64,000 nucleotides of DNA, taken from assembly GCA_964016885.1 (NCBI GenBank), contig OZ024743.1, forward strand, positions 354,764,001 through 354,828,000. The letters are read 5' to 3'. The notes beneath the pieces are model-generated. The model saw nothing but the letters and a program-made list of their open reading frames with translations, ran no database searches and was not told where the DNA came from. Every line of letters starts with the position of its first letter. Position 1 is the first letter of the stretch. Origin of the DNA: Eledone cirrhosa (Eukaryota). The translations under genes were made by a program, and so were the position numbers. Of the stretch, positions 15,001-30,000 are shown one piece after another.

Positions 15001-18000
15001 GGTTTTTGTGATCCTGGTAATCGTGATGCTGATGATTTTCCTCATCCTGGTTGTTGTTGGTGGTAGAGATTGAGGTTTTTGTGATACTGGTAATGGTGAT
15101 GCTGATGATTGTCCTCATGCTGGTTGTTGTTGGTGGTAGAGATTGAGGTTTTTGTGATACTGGTAATGGTGATGCTGATGATTGTCCTCATGCTGGTTGT
15201 TGTTCGTGGTAGAGATTGAGGTTTTTGTGATTCTGGTAATGGTGATGCTGATGATTGTCCTCATGCTGGTTGTTATTGGTGGTAGAGATTGAGGTTTTTG
15301 TGATTCTGGTAATGGTGATGCTGATGATTGTCCTCATGCTGGTTGTTGTTCGTGGTAGAGATTGAGGTTTTTGTGATTCTGGTAAAGGTGATGCTGATGA
15401 TTGTCCTCATGCTGGTTGTTGTTGGTGGTAGAGATTGAGGTTTTTGTGATTCTGGTAATGGTGATGCTGATGATTGTCCTCATGCTGGTTGTTGTTCGTG
15501 GTAGAGATTGAGGTTTTTGTGATTCTGGTAATGGTAATGCTGATGATTGTCCTCATGCTGGTTGTTGTTGGTGGTAGAGATTGAGGTTTTTGTGATTCTG
15601 GTAATGGTGATGCTGATGAGTGTCCTCATGCTGGTTGTTGTTCGTGGTAGAGATTGAGGTTTTTGTGATTCTGTTAATGGTGATGCTGATGATTGTCCTC
15701 ATGCTGGTTGTTGTTGGTGGTAGAGATTGAGGTTTTTGTGATTCTGGTAATGGTGATGCTGATGATTGTCCTCATGCTGCTTGTTGTTGGTGGTAGAGAT
15801 TGAGGTTTTTGTGATTCTGGTAATGGTGATGCTGATGATCGTTCTCATGCTGGTTTTTGTTCGTGGTAGAGATTGAGGTTTTTGTGATACTGGTAATGGT
15901 GATGCTGATGATTGTCCTCATGCTGGTTGTTGTTGGTGGTAGAGATTGAGGTTTTTGTGATACTGGTAATGGTGATGCTGATGAATGTCCTCGTGCTGGT
16001 TGTCGTTGGTGGTAGAGATTGAGGTTTTTGTGATACTGGTAATGATGATGCTGATGATTGTCTTCATGCTGGTTGTTGTTGGTGGTAGAGATTGAGGTTT
16101 TTGTGATCCTGGTAATGGTGATGCTGATGATTGTCCTCATGCTGGTTGTTGTTGGTGGTAGAGATTGAGGTTTTTGTGATCCTGGTTAATCGTGATGCTG
16201 ATGATTGTCCTCATGCTGGTTGTTGTTGGTGGTAGAGATTGAGGTTTTTGTGATTCTGGTAATGGTGATGCTGATGATTGTCCTCATGCTGGTTGTTGTT
16301 GGTGGTAGAGATTGAGGTTTTTGTGATTCTGGTAATGGTGATGCTGATGATTGTCCTCATGCTGGTTGTTGTTGGTGGTAGAGATTGAGGTTTTTGTGAT
16401 TCTGGTAATGGTGATGCTGATGATTGTCCTCATGCTGGTTGTTGTTGGTGGTAGAGATTGAGGTTTTTGTGATTCTGGTAATGGTGATGCTGATAATTGT
16501 CCTCATGCTGGTTGTTGTTGGTGGTATTGATTGAGGTTTTTGTTATACTGGTTAATCGTGATGCTGATGATTGTCCTTATGCTGGTTGTTGTTGGTGGTA
16601 GAGATTGAGGTTTTTGTGATTCTGGTAATGGTGATGCTGATGATTGTCCTCATGCTGGTTGTTGTTGGTGGTAGAGATTGAGGTTTTTGTGATCCTGGTA
16701 ATCGTGATGCTGATGATTGTCCTCATGCTGGTTGTTGTTGGTGGTAGAGATTGAGGTTTTTGTGATACTGGTTAATCGTGATGCTGATGATTGTCCTTAT
16801 GCTGGTTGTTGTTGGTGGTAGAGATTGAGGTTTTTGTGATTCTGGTAATGGTGATGCTGATGATTGTCCTCATGCTGGTTGTTGTTGGTGGTAGAGATTG
16901 AGGTTTTTGTGATACTGGTTAATCGTGATGCTGATGATTGTCCTTATGCTGGTTGTTGTTGGTGGTAGAGATTGAGGTTTTTGTGATTCTGGTAATGGTG
17001 ATGCTGATGATTGTCCTCATGCTGGTTGTTGTTGGTGGTAGAGATTGAGGTTTTTGTGATCCTGGTAATGGTGATGCTGATGATTGTCCTCATGCTGGTT
17101 GTTGTTGGTGGTAGAGATTGAGGTCTTTGTGATTCTGGTAATTGTGATGCTGATGATTGTCCTTATGCTGGTTGTTGTTGGTGGTAGAGATTGAGGTTTT
17201 TGTGATCCTGGTAATCGTGATGCTGATAATTGTCCTTATGCTGGTTGTTGTTTGTGGTAGAGATTGAGGTTCTTGTGATTCTGGTAATGGTGATGCTGAT
17301 GATTGTCCTCATGCTGGTTGTTGTAGGTGGTAGAGATTGAGGTTTTTGTGATCCTGGTAATCGTGATGCTGATGATTTTCCTCATCCTGGTTGTTGTTGG
17401 TGGTAGAGATTGAGGTTTTTGTGATACTGGTAATGGTGATGCTGATGATTGTCCTCATGCTGGTTGTTGTTGGTGGTAGAGATTGAGGTTTTTGTGATAC
17501 TGGTAATGGTGATGCTGATGATTGTCCTCATGCTGGTTGTTGTTCGTGGTAGAGATTGAGGTTTTTGTGATTCTGGTAATGGTGATGCTGATGATTGTCC
17601 TCATGCTGGTTGTTGTTGGTGGTAGAGATTGAGGTTTTTGTGATTCTGGTAATGGTGATGCTGATGATTGTCCTCTTGCTGGTTGTTGTTCGTGGTAGAG
17701 ATTGAGGTTTTTGTGATTCTGGTAAAGGTGATGCTGATGATTGTCCTCATGCTGGTTGTTGTTGGTGGTAGAGATTGAGGTTTTTGTGATTCTGGTAATG
17801 GTGATGCTGATGATTGTCCTCATGCTGGTTGTTGTTCGTGGTAGAGATTGAGGTTTTTGTGATTCTGGTAATGGTAATGCTGATGATTGTCCTCATGCTG
17901 GTTGTTGTTGGTGGTAGAGATTGAGGTTTTTGTGATTCTGGTAATGGTGATGCTGATGAGTGTCCTCATGCTGGTTGTTGTTCGTGGTAGAGATTGAGGT

Positions 18001-21000
18001 TTTTGTGATTCTGTTAATGGTGATGCTGATGATTGTCCTCATGCTGGTTGTTGTTGGTGGTAGAGATTGAGGTTTTTGTGATTCTGGTAATGGTGATGCT
18101 GATGATTGTCCTCATGCTGCTTGTTGTTGGTGGTAGAGATTGAGGTTTTTGTGATTCTGGTAATGGTGATGCTGATGATCGTCCTCATGCTGGTTGTTGT
18201 TCGTGGTAGAGATTGAGGTTTTTGTGATACTGGTAATGGTGATGCTGATGATTGTCCTCATGCTGGTTGTTGTTGGTGGTAGAGATTGAGGTTTTTGTGA
18301 TTCTGGTAATGGTGATGCTGATGATTGTCCTCTACTGGTTGTTGTTGGTGGTAGAGATTGAGGTTTTTGTGATACTGGTAATGGTGATGCTGATGAATGT
18401 CCTCGTGCTGGTTGTCGTTGGTGGTAGAGATTGAGGTTTTTGTGATACTGGTAATGGTGATGCTGATGATTGTCCTCATGCTGGTTGTTGTTGGTGGTAG
18501 AGATTGAGGTTTTTGTGATTCTGGTAATGGTGATGCTGATGATTGTCCTCTACTGGTTGTTGTTGGTGGTAGAGATTGAGGTTTTTGTGATACTGGTAAT
18601 GGTGATGCTGATGAATGTCCTCGTGCTGGTTGTCGTTGGTGGTAGTGATTGAGGTTTTTGTGATACTGGTAATGGTGATGCTGATGAACGTCCTCGTGTG
18701 GTTATCGTTGGTGGTAGAGATTGAGATTTTTGTGATACTGGTAATGGTGATGCTGATGATTGTCCTCATGCTGGTTGTTGTTGGTGGTAGAGATTGAGGT
18801 CTTTGTGATTCTGGTAATCGTGATGCTGATGATTGTCCTTATGCTGGTTGTTGTTGGTGGTAGAGATTGAGGTTTTTGTTATTCTGGTAATGGTGATGCG
18901 GATGATTGTCTTCATGCTGGTTGTTGTTGGTGGTAGAGATTGAGGTTTTTGTGATTCTGGTAATGGTGTACTGATGATTGTCCTCATGCTGGTTGTTGTT
19001 GGTGGTAGAGATTGAGGTTTTTGTGACTCTGGTAATAGTGATGCTGATGAACGTACTCCTGCTGGTTGTTGTTGGTGGTAGAGATTGAGGTTTTTGTGAT
19101 TCTGGTAATGGTGATGTTGATGATTGTCTTCATGCTGGTTGTTGTTGGTGGTAGAGATTCAGGTTTTTGTGATTCTGGTAATGGTGATGCTGATGATTAT
19201 CTTCATGCTGGTTGTTGTTGGTGGTAGAGATTGAGGTTTTTGTGATTCTGGTAATGGTGATGCTGATGATTGTCTTCAAGCTGGTTGTTGTTGGTGGTAG
19301 AGATTGAGGTTTTTGTGATTCTGGTAATGGTGATTCTGATGATTGTCTTCCTGCTGGTTGTTGTTGGTGGTAGAGGTTGAGGTTTTTGTAATTCTGGTAA
19401 TGGTGATTCTGATGATTGTGCTGATGCTGGTTGTTGTTGGTGGTAGAGATTGAGGTTTTTGAGATTCTGGTAATGGTGATGCTGATGATTGTCCTCATGC
19501 TGGTTGGTGTTGGTGGTAGAGATTGAGGTTTTTGTAATTCTGGTAATGGTGATTCTGATGATTGTGCTGATGCTGGTTGTTGTTGGTGGTAGAGATTGAG
19601 GTTTTTGTGATTCTGGTAATGGTGATGCTGATGATTGTCCTCATGCTGGTTGTTGTTGGTGGTAGAGATTGAGGTTTTTGTGATACTGGTAAAGGTGATG
19701 CTGATGATTGTCCTCATGCTGGTTGTTGTTCGTGGTAGAGATTGAGGTTTTTGTGATTCTGGTAATGGTGATGCTGATGATTGTCTTCATGCTGGTTGTT
19801 GTTGGTGGTAGAGATTGAGGTTTTTGTGATTCTGGTAATGGTGATGCTGATGATTGTCTTCATGCTGGTGTTGTTCGTGGTAGAGATTGAGGTTTTTGTG
19901 ATTCTGGTAATGGTGATGCTGATTATTGTCTTCATGCTGGTTGTTGTTGGTGGTAGAGATTGAGGTTTTTGTGATTCTGGTAATGGTGATGCTGATGATT
20001 GTCCTCATGTTGGTTGTTGTTCGTGGTAGAGATTGAGGTTTTTGTGATTCTGGTAATGGTGATGCTGATGATTGTCCTCATGCTGGTTGTTGTTTGTGGT
20101 AGAGATTGAGGTTTTTGTGATTCTGGTAATGGTGATGCTGATGATTGTCCTCATGCTGGTTGTTGTTGGTGGTAGAGATTGAGGTTTTTGTGATTCTGGT
20201 AATGGTGATGCTGATGATTGTCCTCATGCTGGTTGTTGTTTGTGGTAGAGATTGAGGTTTTGTGATTCTGGTAATGGTGATGCTGATGAGTGTCCTCATG
20301 CTGGTTGTTGTTCGTGGTAGAGATTGAGGTTTTTGTGATTCTGTTAATGGTGATGCTGATGATTGTCCTCATGCTGGTTGTTGCTGGTGGTAGAGATTGA
20401 GGTTTTGTGATTCTGGTAATGGTGATGCTGATGATTGTCTTCATGCTGGTTGTTGTTGGTGGTAGAGATTGAGGTTTTTGTGATTCTGGTAATGGTGATG
20501 CTGATGATTGTCCTCTACTGGTTGTTGTTGGTGGTAGAGATTGAGGTTTTTGTGATACTGGTAATGGTGATGCTGATGAACGTCCTCGTGTGGTTGTCGT
20601 TGGTGGTAGAGATTGAGATTTTTGTGATACTGGTAATGGTGATTCTGATGATTGTCCTCATGCTGGTTGTTGTTGGTGGTAGAGATTGAGGTCTTTGTGA
20701 TTCTGGTAATCGTGATGCTGATGATTGTCCTTATGCTGGTTGTTGTTGGTGGTAGAGATTGAGGTTTTTGTGATCCTGGTAATCGTGATGCTGATGATTG
20801 TCCTTATGCTGGTTGTTGTTGGTGGTAGAGATTGAGGTTCTTGTGATTCTGGTAATGGTGATGCTGATGATTGTCCTCATGCTGGTTGTTGTAGGTGGTA
20901 GAGATTGAGGTTTTTGTGATCCTGGTAATCGTGATGCTGATGATTTTCCTCATCCTGGTTGTTGTTGGTGGTAGAGATTGAGGTTTTTGTGATACTGGTA

Positions 21001-24000
21001 ATGGTGATGCTGATGATTGTCCTCATGCTGGTTGTTGTTGGTGGTAGAGATTGAGGTTTTTGTGATACTGGTAATGGTGATGCTGATGATTGTCCTCATG
21101 CTGGTTGTTGTTCGTGGTAGAGATTGAGGTTTTTGTGATTCTGGTAATGGTGATGCTGATGATTGTCCTCATGCTGGTTGTTGTTGGTGGTAGAGATTGA
21201 GGTTTTTGTGATTCTGGTAATGGTGATGCTGATGATTGTCCTCATGCTGGTTGTTGTTCGTGGTAGAGATTGAGGTTTTTGTGATTCTGGTAAAGGTGAT
21301 GCTGATGATTGTCCTCATGCTTGTTGTTGGTGGTGGTAGAGATTGAGGTTTTTGTGATTCTGGTAATGGTGATGCTGATGATTGTCCTCATGCTGGTTGT
21401 TGTTCGTGGTAGAGATTGAGGTTTTTGTGATTCTGGTAATGGTAATGCTGATGATTGTCCTCATGCTGGTTGTTGTTGGTGGTAGAGATTGAGGTTTTTG
21501 TGATTCTGGTAATGGTGATGCTGATGAGTGTCCTCATGCTGGTTGTTGTTCGTGGTAGAGATTGAGGTTTTTGTGATTCTGTTAATGGTGATGCTGATGA
21601 TTGTCCTCATGCTGGTTGTTGTTGGTGGTAGAGATTGAGGTTTTTGTGATTCTGGTAATGGTGATGCTGATGATTGTCCTCATGCTGCTTGTTGTTGGTG
21701 GTAGAGATTGAGGTTTTTGTGATTCTGGTAATGGTGATGCTCATGATCGTCCTCATGCTGGTTTTTGTTCGTGGTAGAGATTGAGGTTTTTGTGATACTG
21801 GTAATGGTGATGCTGATGATTGTCCTCATGCTGGTTGTTGTTGGTGGTAGAGATTGAGGTTTTTGTGATTCTGGTAATGGTGATGCTGATGATTGTCCTC
21901 TACTGGTTGTTGTTGGTGGTAGAGATTGAGGTTTTTGTGATACTGGTAATGGTGATGCTGATGAATGTCCTCGTGCTGGTTGTCGTTGGTGGTAGAGATT
22001 GAGGTTTTTGTGATACTGGTAATGGTGATGCTGATGATTGTCTTCATGCTGGTTGTTGTTGGTGGTAGAGATTGAGGTTTTTGTGATCCTGGTAATGGTG
22101 ATGCTGATGATTGTCCTCATGCTGGTTGTTGTTGGTGGTAGAGATTGAGGTTTTTGTGATCCTGGTTAATCGTGATGCTGATGATTGTCCTCATGCTGGT
22201 TGTTGTTGGTGGTAGAGATTGAGGTTTTTGTGATTCTGGTAATGGTGATGCTGATGATTGTCCTCATGCTGGTTGTTGTTGGTGGTAGAGATTGAGGTTT
22301 TTGTGATTCTGGTAATGGTGATGCTGATGATTGTCCTCATGCTGGTTGTTGTTGGTGGTAGAGATTGAGGTTTTTGTGATTCTGGTAATGGTGATGCTGA
22401 TGATTGTCCTCATGCTGGTTGTTGTTGGTGGTAGAGATTGAGGTTTTTGTGATTCTGGTAATGGTGATGCTGATGATTGTCCTCATGCTGGTTGTTGTTG
22501 GTGGTAGAGATTGAGGTTTTTGTTATACTGGTTAATCGTGATGCTGATGATTGTCCTTATGCTGGTTGTTGTTGGTGGTAGAGATTGAGGTTTTTGTGAT
22601 TCTGGTAATGGTGATGCTGATGATTGTCCTCATGCTGGTTGTTGTTGGTGGTAGAGATTGAGGTTTTTGTGATACTGGTTAATCGTGATGCTGATGATTG
22701 TCCTTATGCTGGTTGTTGTTGGTGGTAGAGATTGAGGTTTTTGTGATTCTGGTAATGGTGATGCTGATGATTGTCCTCATGCTGGTTGTTGTTGGTGGTA
22801 GAGATTGAGGTTTTTGTGATCCTGGTAATGGTGATGCTGATGATTGTCCTCATGCTGGTTGTTGTTGGTGGTAGAGATTGAGGTCTTTGTGATTCTGGTA
22901 ATTGTGATGCTGATGATTGTCCTTATGCTGGTTGTTGTTGGTGGTAGAGATTGAGGTTTTTGTGATTCTGGTAATCGTGATGCTGATGATTGTCCTTATG
23001 CTGGTTGTTGTTGGTAGAGATTGAGGTTTTTGTGATTCTGGTAATGGTGATGCTGATGATTGTCCTCATGCTGGTTGTTGTTGGTGGTAGAGATTGAGGT
23101 TTTTGTGATACTGGTTAATCGTGATGCTGATGATTGTCCTTATGCTGGTTGTTGTTGGTGGTAGAGATTGAGGTTTTTGTGATTCTGGTAATGGTGATGC
23201 TGATGATTGTCCTCATGCTGGTTGTTGTTGGTGGTAGAGATTGAGGTTTTTGTGATCCTGGTAATGGTGATGCTGATGATTGTCCTCATGCTGGTTGTTG
23301 TTGGTGGTAGAGATTGAGGTCTTTGTGATTCTGGTAATTGTGATGCTGATGATTGTCCTTATGCTGGTTGTTGTTGGTGGTAGAGATTGAGGTTCTTGTG
23401 ATTCTGGTAATGGTGATGCTGATGATTGTCCTCATGCTGGTTGTTGTAGGTGGTAGAGATTGAGGTTTTTGTGATCCTGGTAATCGTGATGCTGATGATT
23501 TTCCTCATCCTGGTTGTTGTTGGTGGTAGAGATTCAGGTTTTTGTGATACTGGTAATGGTGATGCTGATGATTGTCCTCATGCTGGTTGTTGTTGGTGGT
23601 AGAGATTGAGGTTTTTGTGATACTGGTAATGGTGATGCTGATGATTGTCCTCATGCTGGTTGTTGTTCGTGGTAGAGATTGAGGTTTTTGTGATTCTGGT
23701 AATGGTGATGCTGATGATTGTCCTCATGCTGGTTGTTGTTGGTGGTAGAGATTGAGGTTTTTGTGATTCTGGTAATGGTGATGCTGATGATTGTCCTCAT
23801 GCTGGTTGTTGTTCGTGGTAGAGATTGAGGTTTTTGTGATACTGGTTAATCGTGATGCTGATGATTGTCCTCATGCTGGTTGTTGTTGGTGGTAGAGATT
23901 GAGGTTTTTGTGATTCTGGTAATGGTGATGCTGATGATTGTCCTCATGCTGGTTGTTGTTGGTGGTAGAGATTGAGGTTTTTGTGATTCTGGTAATGGTG

Positions 24001-27000
24001 ATGCTGATGATTGTCCTCATGCTGGTTGTTGTTGGTGGTAGAGATTGAGGTTTTTGTGATTCTGGTAATGGTGATGCTGATGATTGTCCTCATGCTGGTT
24101 GTTGTTGGTGGTAGAGATTGAGGTTTTTGTTATACTGGTTAATCGTGATGCTGATGATTGTCCTTATGCTGGTTGTTGTTGGTGGTAGAGATTGAGGTTT
24201 TTGTGATTCTGGTAATGGTGATGCTGATGATTGTCCTCATGCTGGTTGTTGTTGGTGGTAGAGATTGAGGTTTTTGTGATACTGGTTAATCGTGATGCTG
24301 ATGATTGTCCTTATGCTGGTTGTTGTTGGTGGTAGAGATTGAGGTTTTTGTGATTCTGGTAATGGTGATGCTGATGATTGTCCTCATGCTGGTTGTTGTT
24401 GGTGGTAGAGATTGAGGTTTTTGTGATCCTGGTAATGGTGATGCTGATGATTGTCCTCATGCTGGTTGTTGTTGGTGGTAGAGATTGAGGTCTTTGTGAT
24501 TCTGGTAATTGTGATGCTGATGATTGTCCTTATGCTGGTTGTTGTTGGTGGTAGAGATTGAGGTTTTTGTGATTCTGGTAATCGTGATGCTGATGATTGT
24601 CCTTATGCTGGTTGTTGTTGGTAGAGATTGAGGTTTTTGTGATTCTGGTAATGGTGATGCTGATGATTGTCCTCATGCTGGTTGTTGTTGGTGGTAGAGA
24701 TTGAGGTTTTTGTGATACTGGTTAATCGTGATGCTGATGATTGTCCTTATGCTGGTTGTTGTTGGTGGTAGAGATTGAGGTTTTTGTGATTCTGGTAATG
24801 GTGATGCTGATGATTGTCCTCATGCTGGTTGTTGTTGGTGGTAGAGATTGAGGTTTTTGTGATCCTGGTAATGGTGATGCTGATGATTGTCCTCATGCTG
24901 GTTGTTGTTGGTGGTAGAGATTGAGGTCTTTGTGATTCTGGTAATTGTGATGCTGATGATTGTCCTTATGCTGGTTGTTGTTGGTGGTAGAGATTGAGGT
25001 TCTTGTGATTCTGGTAATGGTGATGCTGATGATTGTCCTCATGCTGGTTGTTGTAGGTGGTAGAGATTGAGGTTTTTGTGATCCTGGTAATCGTGATGCT
25101 GATGATTTTCCTCATCCTGGTTGTTGTTGGTGGTAGAGATTCAGGTTTTTGTGATACTGGTAATGGTGATGCTGATGATTGTCCTCATGCTGGTTGTTGT
25201 TGGTGGTAGAGATTGAGGTTTTTGTGATACTGGTAATGGTGATGCTGATGATTGTCCTCATGCTGGTTGTTGTTCGTGGTAGAGATTGAGGTTTTTGTGA
25301 TTCTGGTAATGGTGATGCTGATGATTGTCCTCATGCTGGTTGTTGTTGGTGGTAGAGATTGAGGTTTTTGTGATTCTGGTAATGGTGATGCTGATGATTG
25401 TCCTCATGCTGGTTGTTGTTCGTGGTAGAGATTGAGGTTTTTGTGATTCTGGTAAAGGTGATGCTGATGATTGTCCTCATGCTGGTTGTTGTTGGTGGTA
25501 GAGATTGAGGTTTTTGTGATTCTGGTAATGGTGATGCTGATGATTGTCCTCATGCTGGTTGTTGTTCGTGGTAGAGATTGAGGTTTTTGTGATTCTGGTA
25601 ATGGTAATGCTGATGATTGTCCTCATGCTGGTTGTTGTTGGTGGTAGAGATTGAGGTTTTTGTGATTCTGGTAATGGTGATGCTGATGAGTGTCCTCATG
25701 CTGGTTGTTGTTCGTGGTAGAGATTGAGGTTTTTGTGATTCTGTTAATGGTGATGCTGATGATTGTCCTCATGCTGGTTGTTGTTGGTGGTAGAGATTGA
25801 GGTTTTTGTGATTCTGGTAATGGTGATGCTGATGATTGTCCTCATGCTGCTTGTTGTTGGTGGTAGAGATTGAGGTTTTTGTGATTCTGGTAATGGTGAT
25901 GCTGATGATCGTCCTCATGCTGGTTGTTGTTCGTGGTAGAGATTGAGGTTTTTGTGATACTGGTAATGGTGATGCTGATGATTGTCCTCTACTGGTTGTT
26001 GTTGGTGGTAGAGATTGAGGTTTTTGTGATACTGGTAATGGTGATGCTGATGAATGTCCTCGTGCTGGTTGTTGTTGGTGGTAGAGATTGAGGTTTTTGT
26101 GATTCTGGTAATGGTGATGCTGATGATTGTCCTCTACTGGTTGTTGTTGGTGGTAGAGATTGAGGTTTTTGTGATACTGGTAATGGTGATGCTGATGAAT
26201 GTCCTCGTGCTGGTTGTCGTTGGTGGTAGAGATTGAGGTTTTTGTGATACTGGTAATGGTGATGCTGATGATTGTCTTCATGCTGGTTGTTGTTGGTGGT
26301 AGAGATTGAGGTTTTTGTGATCCTGGTAATGGTGATGCTGATGATTGTCGTCATGCTGGTTGTTGTTGGTGGTAGAGATTGAGGTTTTTGTGATCCTGGT
26401 TAATCGTGATGCTGATGATTGTCCTCATGCTGGTTGTTGTTGGTGGTAGAGATTGAGGTTTTTGTGATTCTGGTAATGGTGATGCTGATGATTGTCCTCA
26501 TGCTGGTTGTTGTTGGTGGTAGAGATTGAGGTTTTTGTGATTCTGGTAATCGTGATGCTGATGATTGTCCTTATGCTGGTTGTTGTTGGTGGTAGAGATT
26601 GAGGTTCTTGTGATTCTGGTAATGGTGATGCTGATGATTGTCCTCATGCTGGTTGTTGTAGGTGGTAGAGATTGAGGTTTTTGTGATCCTGGTAATCGTG
26701 ATGCTGATGATTTTCCTCATCCTGGTTGTTGTTGGTGGTAGAGATTGAGGTTTTTGTGATTCTGGTAATCGTGATGCTGATGATTGTCCTTATGCTGGTT
26801 GTTGTTGGTGGTAGAGATTGAGGTTCTTGTGATTCTGGTAATGGTGATGCTGATGATTGTCCTCATGCTGGTTGTTGTAGGTGGTAGAGATTGAGGTTTT
26901 TGTGAAACTGGTAATCGTGATGCTGATGATTGTCCTCATGCTGGTTGTTGTTGGTGGTAGAGATTGAGGTTTTTGTGATTCTGGTAATCGTGATGCTGAT

Positions 27001-30000
27001 GATTGTCCTTATGCTGGTTGTTGTTGGTGGTAGAGATTGAGGTTCTTGTGATTCTGGTAATGGTGATGCTGATGATTGTCCTCATGCTGGTTGTTGTAGG
27101 TGGTAGAGATTGAGGTTTTTGTGATCCTGGTAATCGTGATGCTGATGATTTTCCTCATCCTGGTTGTTGTTGGTGGTAGAGATTGAGGTTTTTGTGATAC
27201 TGGTAATGGTGATGCTGATGATTGTCCTCATGCTGGTTGTTGTTGGTGGTAGAGATTGAGGTTTTTGTGATACTGGTAATGGTGATGCTGATGATTGTCC
27301 TCATGCTGGTTGTTGTTCGTGGTAGAGATTGAGGTTTTTGTGATTCTGGTAATGGTGATGCTGATGATTGTCCTCATGCTGGTTGTTGTTGGTGGTAGAG
27401 ATTGAGGTTTTTGTGATTCTGGTAATGGTGATGCTGATGATTGTCCTCATGCTGGTTGTTGTTCGTGGTAGAGATTGAGGTTTTTGTGATTCTGGTAAAG
27501 GTGATGCTGATGATTGTCCTCATGCTGGTTGTTGTTGGTGGTAGAGATTGAGGTTTTTGTGATTCTGGTAATGGTGATGCTGATGATTGTCCTCATGCTG
27601 GTTGTTGTTCGTGGTAGAGATTGAGGTTTTTGTGATTCTGGTAATGGTAATGCTGATGATTGTCCTCATGCTGGTTGTTGTTGGTGGTAGAGATTGAAGT
27701 TTTTGTGATTCTGGTAATGGTGATGCTGATGAGTGTCCTCATGCTGGTTGTTGTTCGTGGTAGAGATTGAGGTTTTTGTGATTCTGTTAATGGTGATGCT
27801 GATGATTGTCCTCATGCTGGTTGTTGTTGGTGGTAGAGATTGAGGTTTTTGTGATTCTGCTAATGGTGATGCTGATGATTGTCCTCATGCTGCTTGTTGT
27901 TGGTGGTAGAGATTGAGGTTTTTGTGATTCTGGTAATGGTGATGCTGATGATCGTCCTCATGCTGGTTGTTGTTCGTGGTAGAGATTGAGGTTTTTGTGA
28001 TACTGGTAATGGTGATGCTGATGATTGTCCTCATGCTGGTTGTTGTTGGTGGTAGAGATTGAGGTTTTTGTGATTCTGGTAATGGTGATGCTGATGATTG
28101 TCCTCTACTGGTTGTTGTTGGTGGTAGAGATTGAGGTTTTTGTGATACTGGTAATGGTGATGCTGATGAATGTCCTCGTGCTGGTTGTCGTTGGTGGTAG
28201 AGATTGAGGTTTTTGTGATACTGGTAATGGTGATGCTGATGATTGTCTTCATGCTGGTTGTTGTTGGTGGTAGAGATTGAGGTTTTTGTGATCCTGGTAA
28301 TGGTGATGCTGATGATTGTCCTCATGCTGGTTGTTGTTGGTGGTAGAGATTGAGGTTTTTGTGATCCTGGTTAATCGTGATGCTGATGATTGTCCTCATG
28401 CTGGTTGTTGTTGGTGGTAGAGATTGAGGTTTTTGTGATTCTGGTAATGGTGATGCTGATGATTGTCCTCATGCTGGTTGTTGTTGGTGGTAGAGATTGA
28501 GGTTTTTGTGATTCTGGTAATGGTGATGCTTATGATTGTCCTCATGCTGGTTGTTGTTGGTGGTAGAGATTGAGATTTTTGTGATTCTGGTAATGGTGAT
28601 GCTGATGATTTTCCTCATGCTGGTTGTTGTTGGTGGTAGAGATTGAGGTTTTTGTGATTCTGGTAATGGTGATGCTGATGATTGTCCTCATGCTGGTTGT
28701 TGTTGGTGGTAGAGATTGAGGTTTTTGTTATACTGGTTAATCGTGATGCTGATGATTGTCCTTATGCTGGTTGTTGTTTGTGGTAGAGATTGAGGTTTTT
28801 GTGATTCTGGTAATGGTGATGCTGATGATTGTCCTCATGCTGGTTGTTGTTGGTGGTAGAGATTGAGGTTTTTGTGATCCTGGTAATCGTGATGCTGATG
28901 ATTGTCCTCATGCTGGTTGTTGTTGGTGGTAGAGATTGAGGTTTTTGTGATTCTGGTAATGGTGATGCTGATGATTGTCCTTATGCTGGTTGTTGTTGGT
29001 GGTAGAGATTGAGGTTCTTGTGATTCTGGTAATGGTGATGCTGATGATTGTCCTCATGCTGGTTGTTGTAGGTGGTAGAGATTGAGGTTTTTGTGATCCT
29101 GGTAATCGTGATGCTGATGATTGTCCTCATGCTGGTTGTTGTTGGTGGTAGAGACTGAGGTTTTTGTGATTCTGGTAATCGTGATGCTGATGATTGTCCT
29201 TATGCTGGTTGTTGTTGGTGGTAGAGATTGAGGTTCTTGTGATTCTGGTAATGGTGATGCTGATGATTGTCCTCATGCTGGTTGTTGTAGGTGGTAGAGA
29301 TTGAGGTTTTTGTGATCCTGGTAATCGTGATGCTGATGATTTTCCTCATCCTGGTTGTTGTTGGTGGTAGAGATTGAGGTTTTTGTGATTCTGGTAATGG
29401 TGATGCTGATGATTGTCCTCATGCTGGTTGTTGTTGGTGGTAGAGATTGAGGTTTTTGTGATTCTGGTAATGGTGATGCTGATGATTGTCCTCATGCTGG
29501 TTGTTGTTCGTGGTAGAGATTGAGGTTTTTGTGATATTGTTAATCGTGATGCTGATGATTGTCCTTATGCTGGTTGTTGTTGGTGGTAGAGATTGAGGTT
29601 TTTGTGATTCTGGTAATGGTGATGCTGATGATTGTCCTCATGCTGGTTGTTGTTGGTGGTAGAGATTGAGGTTTTTGTGATCCTGGTAATCGTGATGCTG
29701 ATGATTGTCCTCATGCTGGTTGTTGTTGGTGGTAGAGATTGAGGTTTTTGTGATACTGGTTAATCGTGATGCTGATGATTGTCCTTATGCTGGTTGTTGT
29801 TGGTGGTAGAGATTGAGGTTTTTGTGATTCTGGTAATGGTGATGCTGATGATTGTCCTCATGCTGGTTGTTGTTGGTGGTAGAGATTGAGGTTTATGTGA
29901 TACTGGTTAATCGTGATGCTGATGATTGTCCTTATGCTGGTTGTTGTTGGTGGTAGAGATTGAGGTTTTTGTGAGTCTGGTAATGGTGATGCTGATGATT